Shown: one piece after another, positions 11,001 through 26,100 of the stretch | Layout: every line of letters starts with the position of its first letter | Position numbering within the stretch: the stretch's first letter is position 1 | Assembly: GCA_964247055.1 (NCBI GenBank) | Contig: OZ176054.1 | Coordinates: forward strand, 620,001 to 684,000 | Origin: Paragordius varius | Lineage: Eukaryota > Animalia > Nematomorpha | Reading direction: 5' to 3' | Length of the DNA stretch: 64,000 nt | Program-made: the position numbers and the translations under genes | Notes under the pieces: generated by a model | What the model was told of the DNA's origin: nothing | The model's database searches: none | The model's input: only the letters and a program-made list of their open reading frames with translations

Positions 11001-14000
11001 AAAGTTTAACTTGAGTATTGATGCGATTTATTGATACGACTAGTTTTATACATTAATTTTTAAAGTATCGATGTAAAAATCGGATATGAAAGAGTTTGTC
11101 AAACTATCTCTATATTTTGATGTAGTCTTGCTAAGAGAATATATAAAAAATAATTTTGTTCACCGGTGACCAATATCCGATTTTTAAGGACAAAGTTTAA
11201 TTTGAGTATTGATGCGACTAGTTTACTACCATAATTTTTAAAGTATCGTTGTAAAAATCGGATATGAAAGAGTTTGTCAAACTATCTCTATATTTTGATG
11301 TAGTCTTACTAAGAGAATGTATAAAAAATAGTTTTGTTCACCGGTGACCAATATCCGATTTTTAAGGACAAAGTTTAACTTGAGTATTGATGCGACTGGT
11401 TTAATACCATAATTTTTAAAGTATCGTTGTAAAAATCGGATATGAAAAAGTTTGTCAAACTATCCCAATATTTTGATGTAGTCTTACTAAGAGAATGTAT
11501 AAAAAATAATTTTGTTGACCGGTGACCAATATCCGATTTTTAAGGACAAAGTTTAACTTGAGTATTGATGCGATTTATTGATACGACTAGTTTTATACAT
11601 TAATTTTTAAAGTATCGTTGTAAAAATCGGATATGAAAGAGTTTGTCAAACTATCTCTATATTTTGATGTAGTCTTACTAAGAGAATGTATAAAAAATAA
11701 TTTTGTTCACCGGTGACCAATATCCGATTTTTAAGGACAAAGTTTAACTTGAGTATTGATGCGATTTATTGATACGACTAGTTTTATACATTAATTTTTA
11801 AAGTATCGTTGTAAAAATCGGATATGAAAGAGTTTGTCAAACTATCTCTATATTTTGATGTAGTCTTGCTAAGAGAATATATAAAAAATAATTTTGTTCA
11901 CCGGTGACCAATATCCGATTTTTAAGGACAAAGTTTAATTTGAGTATTGATGCGACTAGTTTAATACATTAATTTTTAAAGTATCGTTGTAAAAATCGGA
12001 TATGAAAGAGTTTGTCAAACTATTTCTATATTTTGATGTAGTCTTACTAAGAGAATGTATAAAAAATAATTTTGTTCACCGGTGACCAATATTCGATTTT
12101 TAAGGACAAAGTTTAACTTGAGTATTGATGCGACTGGTTTAATACCATAATTTTTAAAGTATCGTTGTAAAACTCGGATATGAAAAAGTTTGTCAAACTA
12201 TCCCTATTTGATGTAGTCTTACTAAGAGAATGTATAAAAAATTATTTTGTTCACCGGTGACCAATATCCGATTTTTAAGGACAAAGTTTAACTTGAGTAT
12301 TGATGCGACTGGTTTAATACCATAATTTTAAAAGTATCGTTGAAATCGGATATGAAAGAGTTTGTCAAACTATCTCTATATTTTGATGTAGTCTTACTAA
12401 GAAAATGTATAAAAAATAATTTTGTTCACCGGTGACCAATATCCGATTTTTAAGGACAAAGTTTAACTTGAGTATTGATGCGACTAGTTTAACACATTAA
12501 TTTTTAAAGTATCGTTGTAAAAATCGGATATGAAAGAGTTTGTCAAACTATCTCTATATTTTGATGTAGTCTTACTAAGAGAATGTATAAAAAATAATTT
12601 TGTTCACCGGTGACCAATATTCGATTTTTAAGGACAAAGTTTATTTTGAGTATTGATGCGACTAGTTTAATACATTAATTTTTAAAGTATCGTTGTAAAA
12701 ATCGGATATGAAAGAGTTTGTCAAACTATCTCTATATTTTGATGTAGTCTTACTAAGAGAATGTATAAAAAATAATTTTGTTCACCGGTGACCAATATTC
12801 GATTTTTAAGGACAAAGTTTAACTTGAGTATTGATGCGATTTATTGATACGACTAGTTTTATACATTAATTTTTAAAGTATCGATGTAAAAATCGGATAT
12901 GAAAGAGTTTGTCAAACTATCTCTATATTTTGATGTAGTCTTGCTAAGAGAATATATAAAAAATAATTTTGTTCACCGGTGACCAATATCCGATTTTTAA
13001 GGACAAAGTTTAATTTGAGTATTGATGCGACTAGTTTACTACCATAATTTTTAAAGTATCGTTGTAAAAATCGGATATGAAAGAGTTTGTCAAACTATCT
13101 CTATATTTTGATGTAGTCTTACTAAGAGAATGTATAAAAAATAGTTTTGTTCACCGGTGACCAATATCCGATTTTTAAGGACAAAGTTTAACTTGAGTAT
13201 TGATGCGACTGGTTTAATACCATAATTTTTAAAGTATCGTTGTAAAAATCGGATATGAAAAAGTTTGTCAAACTATCCCAATATTTTGATGTAGTCTTAC
13301 TAAGAGAATGTATAAAAAATAATTTTGTTGACCGGTGACCAATATCCGATTTTTAAGGACAAAGTTTAACTTGAGTATTGATGCGATTTATTGATACGAC
13401 TAGTTTTATACATTAATTTTTAAAGTATCGTTGTAAAAATCGGATATGAAAGAGTTTGTCAAACTATCTCTATATTTTGATGTAGTCTTACTAAGAGAAT
13501 GTATAAAAAATAATTTTGTTCACCGGTGACCAATATCCGATTTTTAAGGACAAAGTTTAACTTGAGTATTGATGCGATTTATTGATACGACTAGTTTTAT
13601 ACATTAATTTTTAAAGTATCGTTGTAAAAATCGGATATGAAAGAGTTTGTCAAACTATCTCTATATTTTGATGTAGTCTTGCTAAGAGAATATATAAAAA
13701 ATAATTTTGTTCACCGGTGACCAATATCCGATTTTTAAGGACAAAGTTTATTTTGAGTATTGATGCGACTAGTTTAATACATTAATTTTTAAAGTATCGT
13801 TGTAAAAATCGGATATGAAAGAGTTTGTCAAACTATTTCTATATTTTGATGTAGTCTTACTAAGAGAATGTATAAAAAATAATTTTGTTCACCGGTGACC
13901 AATATTCGATTTTTAAGGACAAAGTTTAACTTGAGTATTGATGCGACTGGTTTAATACCATAATTTTTAAAGTATCGTTGTAAAAATCGGATATGAAAGA

Positions 14001-17000
14001 GTTTGTCAAACTATCTCTATATTTTGATGTAGTCTTGCTAAGAATGTATAAAAAATAGTTTTGTTCACCGGTGACCAATATCCGATTTTTAAGGACAAAG
14101 TTTAACTTGAGTATTGATGCGACTGGTTTAATACCATAATTTTTAAAGTATCGTTGAAATCGGATATGAAAGAGTTTGTCAAACTATCTCCTATATTTTG
14201 ATGTAGTCTGACTAAGAGAATGTATAAAAAATAATTTTGTTCACCGGTGACCAATATCCGATTTTTAAGGACAAAGTTTAACTTGAGTATTGATGCGACT
14301 AGTTTAATACATTAATTTTTAAAGTATCGTTGTAAAAATCGGATATGAAAGAGTTTGTCAAACTATCTCTATATTTTGATGTAGTCTTACTAAGAGAATG
14401 TATAAAAAATAGTTTTGTTCACCGGTGACCAATATCCGATTTTTAAGGACAAAGTTTAACTTGAGTATTGATGCGACTGGTTTAATACCATAATTTTTAA
14501 AGTATCGTTGTAAAACTCGGATATGAAAAAGTTTGTCAAACTATCCCTATTTGATGTAGTCTTACTAAGAGAATGTATAAAAAATTATTTTGTTCACCGG
14601 TGACCAATATCCGATTTTTAAGGACAAAGTTTAACTTGAGTATTGATGCGACTGGTTTAATACCATAATTTTAAAAGTATCGTTGAAATCGGATATGAAA
14701 GAGTTTGTCAAACTATCTCTATATTTTGATGTAGTCTTACTAAGAAAATGTATAAAAAATAATTTTGTTCACCGGTGACCAATATCCGATTTTTAAGGAC
14801 AAAGTTTAACTTGAGTATTGATGCGACTAGTTTAACACATTAATTTTTAAAGTATCGTTGTAAAAATCGGATATGAAAGAGTTTGTCAAACTATCTCTAT
14901 ATTTTGATGTAGTCTTACTAAGAGAATGTATAAAAAATAATTTTGTTCACCGGTGACCAATATTCGATTTTTAAGGACAAAGTTTATTTTGAGTATTGAT
15001 GCGACTAGTTTAATACATTAATTTTTAAAGTATCGTTGTAAAAATCGGATATGAAAGAGTTTGTCAAACTATCTCTATATTTTGATGTAGTCTTACTAAG
15101 AGAATGTATAAAAAATAATTTTGTTCACCGGTGACCAATATTCGATTTTTAAGGACAAAGTTTAACTTGAGTATTGATGCGATTTATTGATACGACTAGT
15201 TTTATACATTAATTTTTAAAGTATCGATGTAAAAATCGGATATGAAAGAGTTTGTCAAACTATCTCTATATTTTGATGTAGTCTTGCTAAGAGAATATAT
15301 AAAAAATAATTTTGTTCACCGGTGACCAATATCCGATTTTTAAGGACAAAGTTTAATTTGAGTATTGATGCGACTAGTTTACTACCATAATTTTTAAAGT
15401 ATCGTTGTAAAAATCGGATATGAAAGAGTTTGTCAAACTATCTCTATATTTTGATGTAGTCTTACTAAGAGAATGTATAAAAAATAGTTTTGTTCACCGG
15501 TGACCAATATCCGATTTTTAAGGACAAAGTTTAACTTGAGTATTGATGCGACTGGTTTAATACCATAATTTTTAAAGTATCGTTGTAAAAATCGGATATG
15601 AAAAAGTTTGTCAAACTATCCCAATATTTTGATGTAGTCTTACTAAGAGAATGTATAAAAAATAATTTTGTTGACCGGTGACCAATATCCGATTTTTAAG
15701 GACAAAGTTTAACTTGAGTATTGATGCGATTTATTGATACGACTAGTTTTATACATTAATTTTTAAAGTATCGTTGTAAAAATCGGATATGAAAGAGTTT
15801 GTCAAACTATCTCTATATTTTGATGTAGTCTTACTAAGAGAATGTATAAAAAATAATTTTGTTCACCGGTGACCAATATCCGATTTTTAAGGACAAAGTT
15901 TAACTTGAGTATTGATGCGATTTATTGATACGACTAGTTTTATACATTAATTTTTAAAGTATCGTTGTAAAAATCGGATATGAAAGAGTTTGTCAAACTA
16001 TCTCTATATTTTGATGTAGTCTTACTAAGAGAATGTATAAAAAATAGTTTTGTTCACCGGTGACCAATATCCGATTTTTAAGGACAAAGTTTAACTTGAG
16101 TATTGATGCGACTGGTTTAATACCATAATTTTTAAAGTATCGTTGTTAAAATCGGATATGAAAGAGTTTGTCAAACTATCTCTATGTTTTGATGTAGTCT
16201 TACAAAGAGAATGCATAAAAAATAATTTTGTTCACCGGTGACCAATATCCGATTTTTAAGGACAAAGTTTAACTTGAGTATTGATGCGATTTATTGATAC
16301 GACTAGTTTTATACATTAATTTTTAAAGTATCGTTGTAAAAATCGGATATGAAAGAGTTTGTCAAACTATCTCTATATTTTGATGTAGTCTTACTAAGAG
16401 AATGTATAAAAAATAATTTTGTTCACCGGTGACCAATATCCGATTTTTAAGGACAAAGTTTAACTTGAGTATTGATGCGATTTATTGATACGACTAGTTT
16501 TATACATTAATTTTTAAAGTATCGTTGTAAAAATCGGATATGAAAGAGTTTGTCAAACTATCTCTATATTTCAATGTAGTCTTGCTAAGAGAATATATAA
16601 AAAATAATTTTGTTCACCGGTGACCAATATCCGATTTTTAAGGACAAAGTTTAATTTGAGTATTGATGCGACTAGTTTAATACCATAATTTTTAAAGTAT
16701 CGTTGTAAAAATCGGATATGAAAGAGTTTGTAAAACTATCTCTATATTTTGATGTAGTCTTACTAAGAGAATGTAGTAAAAATTATTTTGTTCACCGGTG
16801 ACCAATATCCGATTTTTAAGGACAAAGTTTAACTTGAGTATTGATGCGACTGGTTTAATACCATAATTTTTAAAGTATCGTTGTAAAAATCGGATATGAA
16901 AGAGTTTGTAAAACTATCTCTATATTTTGATGTAGTCTTACTAAGAGAATGTAGTAAAAATAATTTTGTTCACCGGTGACCAATATCCGATTTTTAAGGA

Positions 17001-19860
17001 CAAAGTTTAACTTGAGTATTGATGCGATTTATTGATACGACTAGTTTTATACATTAATTTTTAAAGTATCGTTGTAAAAATCGGATATGAAAGAGTTTGT
17101 CAAACTATCTCTATATTTCAATGTAGTCTTGCTAAGAGAATATAAAAAAAATAATTTTGTTCACCGGTGACCAATATCCGATTTTTAAGGACAAAGTTTA
17201 ACTTGAGTATTGATGCGACTGGTTTAATACCATAATTTTTAAAGTATCGTTGTAAAAATCGGATATGGAAGAGTTTGTAAAACTATCTCTATATTTTGAT
17301 GTAGTCTTGCTAAGAGAATATATAAAAAATAATTTTGTTCACCGGTGACCAATATCCGATTTTTAAGGACAAAGTTTAATTTGAGTATTGATGCGACTAG
17401 TTTAATACCATAATTTTTAAAGTATCGTTGTAAAAATCGGATATGAAAGAGTTTGTAAAACTATCTCTATATTTTGATGTAGTCTTACTAAGAGAATGTA
17501 GTAAAAATAATTTTGTTCACCGGTGACCAATATCCGATTTTTAAGGACAAAGTTTAATTTGAGTATTGATGCGACTAGTTTAATACCATAATTTTTAAAG
17601 TATCGTTGTAAAAATCGGATATGAAAGAGTTTGTAAAACTATCTCTATATTTTGATGTAGTCTTACTAAGAGAATGTAGTAAAAATTATTTTGTTCACCG
17701 GTGACCAATATCCGATTTTTAAGGACAAAGTTTAACTTGAGTATTGATGCGACTGGTTTAATACCATAATTTTTAAAGTATCGTTGTAAAAATCGGATAT
17801 GAAAGAGTTTGTCAAACTATCTCTATATTTTGATGTAGTCTTGCTAAGAATGTATAAAAAATAGTTTTGTTCACCGGTGACCAATATCCGATTTTTAAGG
17901 ACAAAGTTTAACTTGAGTATTGATGCGACTGGTTTAATACCATAATTTTTAAAGTATCGTTGAAATCGGATATGAAAGAGTTTGTCAAACTATCTCCTAT
18001 ATTTTGATGTAGTCTGACTAAGAGAATGTATAAAAAATAATTTTGTTCACCGGTGACCAATATCCGATTTTTAAGGACAAAGTTTAACTTGAGTATTGAT
18101 GCGACTAGTTTAATACATTAATTTTTAAAGTATCGTTGTAAAAATCGGATATGAAAGAGTTTGTCAAACTATCTCTATATTTTGATGTAGTCTTACTAAG
18201 AGAATGTATAAAAAATAGTTTTGTTCACCGGTGACCAATATCCGATTTTTAAGGACAAAGTTTAACTTGAGTATTGATGCGACTGGTTTAATACCATAAT
18301 TTTTAAAGTATCGTTGTAAAACTCGGATATGAAAAAGTTTGTCAAACTATCCCTATTTGATGTAGTCTTACTAAGAGAATGTATAAAAAATTATTTTGTT
18401 CACCGGTGACCAATATCCGATTTTTAAGGACAAAGTTTAACTTGAGTATTGATGCGACTGGTTTAATACCATAATTTTAAAAGTATCGTTGAAATCGGAT
18501 ATGAAAGAGTTTGTCAAACTATCTCTATATTTTGATGTAGTCTTACTAAGAGAATGTATAAAAAATAATTTTGTTCACCGGTGACCAATATTCGATTTTT
18601 AAGGACAAAGTTTATTTTGAGTATTGATGCGACTAGTTTAATACATTAATTTTTAAAGTATCGTTGTAAAAATCGGATATGAAAGAGTTTGTCAAACTAT
18701 CTCTATATTTTGATGTAGTCTTACTAAGAGAATGTATAAAAAATAATTTTGTTCACCGGTGACCAATATTCGATTTTTAAGGACAAAGTTTAACTTGAGT
18801 ATTGATGCGATTTATTGATACGACTAGTTTTATACATTAATTTTTAAAGTATCGATGTAAAAATCGGATATGAAAGAGTTTGTCAAACTATCTCTATATT
18901 TTGATGTAGTCTTGCTAAGAGAATATATAAAAAATAATTTTGTTCACCGGTGACCAATATCCGATTTTTAAGGACAAAGTTTAATTTGAGTATTGATGCG
19001 ACTAGTTTACTACCATAATTTTTAAAGTATCGTTGTAAAAATCGGATATGAAAGAGTTTGTCAAACTATCTCTATATTTTGATGTAGTCTTACTAAGAGA
19101 ATGTATAAAAAATAGTTTTGTTCACCGGTGACCAATATCCGATTTTTAAGGACAAAGTTTAACTTGAGTATTGATGCGACTGGTTTAATACCATAATTTT
19201 TAAAGTATCGTTGTAAAAATCGGATATGAAAAAGTTTGTCAAACTATCCCAATATTTTGATGTAGTCTTACTAAGAGAATGTATAAAAAATAATTTTGTT
19301 GACCGGTGACCAATATCCGATTTTTAAGGACAAAGTTTAACTTGAGTATTGATGCGATTTATTGATACGACTAGTTTTATACATTAATTTTTAAAGTATC
19401 GTTGTAAAAATCGGATATGAAAGAGTTTGTCAAACTATCTCTATATTTTGATGTAGTCTTACTAAGAGAATGTATAAAAAATAATTTTGTTCACCGGTGA
19501 CCAATATCCGATTTTTAAGGACAAAGTTTAACTTGAGTATTGATGCGATTTATTGATACGACTAGTTTTATACATTAATTTTTAAAGTATCGTTGTAAAA
19601 ATCGGATATGAAAGAGTTTGTCAAACTATCTCTATATTTTGATGTAGTCTTGCTAAGAGAATATATAAAAAATAATTTTGTTCACCGGTGACCAATATCC
19701 GATTTTTAAGGACAAAGTTTATTTTGAGTATTGATGCGACTAGTTTAATACATTAATTTTTAAAGTATCGTTGTAAAAATCGGATATGAAAGAGTTTGTC
19801 AAACTATTTCTATATTTTGATGTAGTCTTACTAAGAGAATGTATAAAAAATAATTTTGTT
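8092..19860 (+). repeat. Block duplication, offset 7962 bp (44 monomers): 8092-12075 copied at 16054 to about 19860, the second copy lacking one monomer
   Basis: Rare markers share the offset: GTTGTTAAAA with CAAAGAGAATGCATA (8181/16143) and CCCTATTTG (10385/18347). The GTAGTAAAAA and TATGGAAGA monomers are in the same order in both copies. Confidence 0.9.
9733..16053 (+). repeat. 10-mer HOR (1813 bp) alternating with a 13-mer version (2343 bp)
   Basis: The marker CTATCCCTATTTG occurs at 10385, 12198 and 14541 (spacings 1813 and 2343). The extra 530 bp is the trio GCTAAGAATG, CTCCTATA+CTGACT and an A-type monomer. Confidence 0.9.
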
Positions 19861-22800
19861 CACCGGTGACCAATATTCGATTTTTAAGGACAAAGTTTAA
19901 CTTGAGTATTGATGCGACTAGTTTAACACATTAATTTTTAAAGTATCGTTGTAAAAATCGGATATGAAAGAGTTTGTCAAACTATCTCTATATTTTGATG
20001 TAGTCTTACTAAGAGAATGTATAAAAAATAATTTTGTTCACCGGTGACCAATATCCGATTTTTAAGGACAAAGTTTAACTTATTGATGCGATTTATTGAT
20101 ACGACTAGTTTTATACATTAATTTTTAAAGTATCGATGTAAAAATCGGATATGAAAGAGTTTGTCAAACTATCTCTATATTTTGATGTAGTCTTACTAAG
20201 AGAATGTATAAAAAATAATTTTGTTCACCGGTGACCAATATTCGATTTTTAAGGACAAAGTTTAACTTGAGTATTGATGCGACTAGTTTAACACATTAAT
20301 TTTTAAAGTATCGTTGTAAAAATCGGATATGAAAGAGTTTGTCAAACTATCTCTATATTTTGATGTAGTCTTACTAAGAGAATGTATAAAAAATAATTTT
20401 GTTCACCGGTGACCAATATCCGATTTTTAAGGACAAAGTTTAACTTATTGATGCGATTTATTGATACGACTAGTTTTATACATTAAATTTTAAAGTATCG
20501 ATGTAAAAATCGGATATGAAAGAGTTTGTCAAACTATCTCTATATTTTGATGTAGTCTTACTAAGAGAATGTATAAAAAATAATTTTGTTCACCGGTGAC
20601 CAATATTCGATTTTTAAGGACAAAGTTTATTTTGAGTATTGATGCGACTAGTTTAATACATTAATTTTTAAAGTATCGTTGTAAAAATCGGATATGAAAG
20701 AGTTTGTCAAACTATCTCTATATTTTGATGTAGTCTTACTAAGAGAATGTATAAAAAATAATTTTGTTCACCGGTGACCAATATCCGATTTTTAAGGACA
20801 AAGTTTAACTTGAGTATTGATGCGACTGGTTTAATACCATAATTTTAAAAGTATCGTTGAAATCGGATATGAAAGAGTTTGTCAAACTATCTCTATATTT
20901 TGATGTAGTCTTACTAAGAAAATGTATAAAAAATAATTTTGTTCACCGGTGACCAATATCCGATTTTTAGGGACAAAGTTTAACTTGAGTATTGATGCGA
21001 CTAGTTTAACACATTAATATTTAAAGTATCGTTGTAAAAATCGGATATGAAAGAGTTTGTCAAACTATCTCTATATTTTGATGTAGTCTTACTAAGAGAA
21101 TGTATAAAAAATAATTTTGTTCACCGGTGACCAATATTCGATTTTTAAGGACAAAGTTTATTTTGAGTATTGATGCGACTAGTTTAATACATTAATTTTT
21201 AAAGTATCGTTGTAAAAATCGGATATGAAAGAGTTTGTCAAACTATCTCTATATTTTGATGTAGTCTTACTAAGAGAATGTATAAAAAATAATTTTGTTC
21301 ACCGGTGACCAATATCCGATTTTTAAGGACAAAGTTTAACTTGAGTATTGATGCGATTTATTGATACGACTAGTTTTATACATTAATTTTTAAAGTATCG
21401 ATGTAAAAATCGGATATGAAAGAGTTTGTCAAACTATCTCTATATTTTGATGTAGTCTTGCTAAGAGAATATATAAAAAATAATTTTGTTCACCGGTGAC
21501 CAATATCCGATTTTTAAGGACAAAGTTTAATTTGAGTATTGATGCGACTAGTTTACTACCATAATTTTTAAAGTATCGTTGTAAAAATCGGATATGAAAG
21601 AGTTTGTCAAACTATCTCTATATTTTGATGTAGTCTTACTAAGAGAATGTATAAAAAATAGTTTTGTTCACCGGTGACCAATATCCGATTTTTAAGGACA
21701 AAGTTTAACTTGAGTATTGATGCGACTGGTTTAATACCATAATTTTTAAAGTATCGTTGTAAAAATCGGATATGAAAAAGTTTGTCAAACTATCCCTATA
21801 TTTTGATGTAGTCTTACTAAGAGAATGTATAAAAAATAATTTTGTTGACCGGTGACCAATATCCGATTATTAAGGACAAAGTTTAACTTGAGTATTGATG
21901 CGATTTATTGATACGACTTTTTATACATTAATTTTTAAAGTATCGTTGTAAAAATCGGATATGAAAGAGTTTGTCAAACTATCTCTATATTTTGATGTAG
22001 TCTTGCTAAGAGAATATATAAAAAATAATTTTGTTCACCGGTGACCAATATCCGATTTTTAAGGACAAAGTTTATTTTGAGTATTGATGCGACTAGTTTA
22101 ATACATTAATTTTTAAAGTATCGTTGTAAAAATCGGATATGAAAGAGTTTGTCAAACTATTTCTATATTTTGATGTAGTCTTACTAAGAGAATGTATAAA
22201 AAATAATTTTGTTCACCGGTGACCAATATTCGATTTTTAAGGACAAAGTTTAACTTGAGTATTGATGCGACTAGTTTAACACATTAATTTTTAAAGTATC
22301 GTTATAAAAATCGGATATGAAAGAGTTTGTCAAACTATCTCTATATTTTGATGTAGTCTTACTAAGAGAATGTATAAAAAATAATTTTGTTCACCGGTGA
22401 CCAATATCCGATTTTTAAGGACAAAGTTTAACTTGAGTATTGATGCGATTTATTGATACGACTAGTTTTATACATTAATTTTTAAAGTATCGATGTAAAA
22501 ATCGGATATGAAAGAGTTTGTCAAACTATCTCTATATTTTGATGTAGTCTTGCTAAGAGAATATATAAAAAATAATTTTGTTCACCGGTGACCAATATTC
22601 GATTTTTAAGGACAAAGATTAACTTGAGTATTGATGCGACTAGTTTAACACATTAATTTTTAAAGTATCGTTGTAAAAATCGGATATGAAAGAGTTTGTC
22701 AAACTATCTCTATATTTTGATGTAGTCTTACTAAGAGAATGTATAAAAAATAATTTTGTTCACCGGTGACCAATATTCGATTTTTAAGGACAAAGTTTAA

Positions 22801-23115
22801 CTTGAGTATTGATGCGACTAGTTTTATACATTAATTTTTAAAGTATCGTTGTAAAAATCGGATATGAAAGAGTTTGTCAAACTATTTCTATATTTTGATG
22901 TAGTCTTACTAAGAGAATGTATAAAAAATAATTTTGTTCACCGGTGACCAATATTCGATTTTTAAGGACAAAGTTTAACTTGAGTATTGATGCGACTAGT
23001 TTTATACATTAATTTTTAAAGTATCGTTGTAAAAATCGGATATGAAAGAGTTTGTCAAACTATCTCTATATTTTGATGTAGTCTTGCTAAGAGAATATAT
23101 AAAAAATAATTTTGT

Positions 23116-26100
23116 TCACCGGTGACCAATATCCGATTTTTAAGGACAAAGTTTAATTTGAGTATTGATGCGAGTAGTTTACTACCATAATTTTTAAAGT
23201 ATCGTTGTAAAAATCGGATATGAAAGAGTTTGTCAAACTATCTCTATATTTTGATGTAGTCTTACTAAGAGAATGTATAAAAAATAGTTTTGTTCACCGG
23301 TGACCAATATCCGATTTTTAAGGACAAAGTTTAACTTGAGTATTGATGCGACTGGTTTAATACCATAATTTTTAAAGTATCGTTGTAAAAATCGGATATG
23401 AAAAAGTTTGTCAAACTATCCCTATATTTTGATGTAGTCTTACTAAGAGAATGTATAAAAAATAATTTTGTTGACCGGTGACCAATATCCGATTATTAAG
23501 GACAAAGTTTAACTTGAGTATTGATGCGATTTATTGATACGACTTTTTATACATTAATTTTTAAAGTATCGTTGTAAAAATCGGATATGAAAGAGTTTGT
23601 CAAACTATCTCTATATTTTGATGTAGTCTTGCTAAGAGAATATATAAAAAATAATTTTGTTCACCGGTGACCAATATCCGATTTTTAAGGACAAAGTTTA
23701 TTTTGAGTATTGATGCGACTAGTTTAATACATTAATTTTTAAAGTATCGTTGTAAAAATCGGATATGAAAGAGTTTGTCAAACTATTTCTATATTTTGAT
23801 GTAGTCTTACTAAGAGAATGTATAAAAAATAATTTTGTTCACCGGTGACCAATATTCGATTTTTAAGGACAAAGTTTAACTTGAGTATTGATGCGACTAG
23901 TTTAACACATTAATTTTTAAAGTATCGTTGTAAAAATCGGATATGAAAGAGTTTGTCAAACTATCTCTATATTTTGATGTAGTCTTACTAAGAGAATGTA
24001 TAAAAAATAATTTTGTTCACCGGTGACCAATATCCGATTTTTAAGGACAAAGTTTAACTTGAGTATTGATGCGATTTATTGATACGACTAGTTTTATACA
24101 TTAATTTTTAAAGTATCGATGTAAAAATCGGATATGAAAGAGTTTGTCAAACTATCTCTATATTTTGATGTAGTCTTGCTAAGAGAATATATAAAAAATA
24201 ATTTTGTTCACCGGTGACGAATATCCGATTTTTAAGGACAAAGTTTAATTTGAGTATTGATGCGACTAGTTTACTACCATAATTTTTAAAGTATCGTTGT
24301 AAAAATCGGATATGAAAGAGTTTGTCAAACTATCTCTATATTTTGATGTAGTCTTACTAAGAGAATGTATAAAAAATAATTTTGTTCACCGGTGACCAAG
24401 ATCCGATTTTTAAGGACAAAGTTTAACTTGAGTATTGATGCGACTGGTTTAATACCATAATTTTTAAAGTATAGTTGTAAAAATCGGATATGAAAGAGTT
24501 TGTCAAACTATCTCTATATTTTGATGTAGTCTTACTAAGAGAATGTATAAAAAATTATTTTGTTCACCGGTGACCAATATCCGATTTTTAAGGACAAAGT
24601 TTAACTTGAGTATTGATGCGACTTATTGATACGACTAGTTTTATATATTAATTTATAAATTATCGTTGTAAAAATCGGATATGAAAGAGTTTGTCAAACT
24701 ATCTCTATATTTTGATGTGGTCTTGCTAAGAAAATGTATAAAAAATTATTTTGTTCACCGGTGACCAATATTCGATTTTTAAGGACAAAGATTAACTTGA
24801 GTATTGATGCGACTAGTTTAACACATTAATTTTTAAAGTATCGTTGTAAAAATCGGATATGAAAGAGTTTGTCAAACTATCTCTATATTTTGATGTAGTC
24901 TTACTAAGAGAATGTATAAAAAGTAATTTTGTTCACCGGTGACCAATATTCGATTTTTAAGGACAAAGTTTAACTTGAGTATTGATGCGACTAGTTTTAT
25001 ACATTAATTTTTAAAGTATCGTTTTAAAAATCGGATATGAAAGAGTTTGCCAAACTATCTCTATATTTTGAGGTAGTCCTACTAAGAGAATGTATAAAAA
25101 AATTTTGTTCACCGGTGACCAATATCGGATTATTAAGGACAAAGTTTAACTTGAGTATTGATGCGATTTATTGATACGACTTTTTATACATTAATTTTTA
25201 AAGTATCGTTGTAAAAATCGGATATGAAAGAGTTTGTCAAACTATCTCTATATTTTGATGTAGTCTTGCTAAGAGAATATATAAAAAATAATTTTGTTCA
25301 CCGGTGACCAATATCCGATTTTTAAGGACAAAGTTTAATTTGTGTATTGATGCGACTAGTTTACTACCATAATTTTTAAAGTATCGTTGTAAAAATCGGA
25401 TATGAAAGAGTTTGTCAAACTATCTCTATATTTTGATGTAGTCTTACTAAGAGAATGTATAAAAAATAGTTTTGTTCACCGGTGACCAATATCCGATTTT
25501 TAAGGACAAAGTTTAACTTGAGTATTGATGCGACTGGTTTAATACCATAATTTTTAAAGTATCGTTGTAAAAATCGGATATGAAAAAGTTTGTCAAACTA
25601 TCCCTATATTTTGATGTAGTCTTACTAAGAGAATGTATAAAAAATAATTTTGTTGACCGGTGACCAATATCCGATTATTAAGGACAAAGTTTAACTTGAG
25701 TATTGATGCGATTTATTGATACGACTTTTAATACATTAATTTTTAAAGTATCGTTGTAAAAATCGGATATGAAAGAGTTTGTCAAACTATTTCTATATTT
25801 TGATGTAGTCTTACTAAGAGAATGTATAAAAAATAATTTTGTTCACCGGTGACCAATATTCGATTTTTAAGGACAAAGTTTAACTTGAGTATTGATGCGA
25901 CTAGTTTAACACATTAATTTTTAAAGTATCGTTGTAAAAATCGGATATGAAAGAGTTTGTCAAACTATCTCTATATTTTGATGTAGTCTTACTAAGAGAA
26001 TGTATAAAAAATAATTTTGTTCACCGGTGACCAATATCCGATTTTTAAGGACAAAGTTTAACTTGAGTATTGATGCGATTTATTGATACGACTAGTTTTA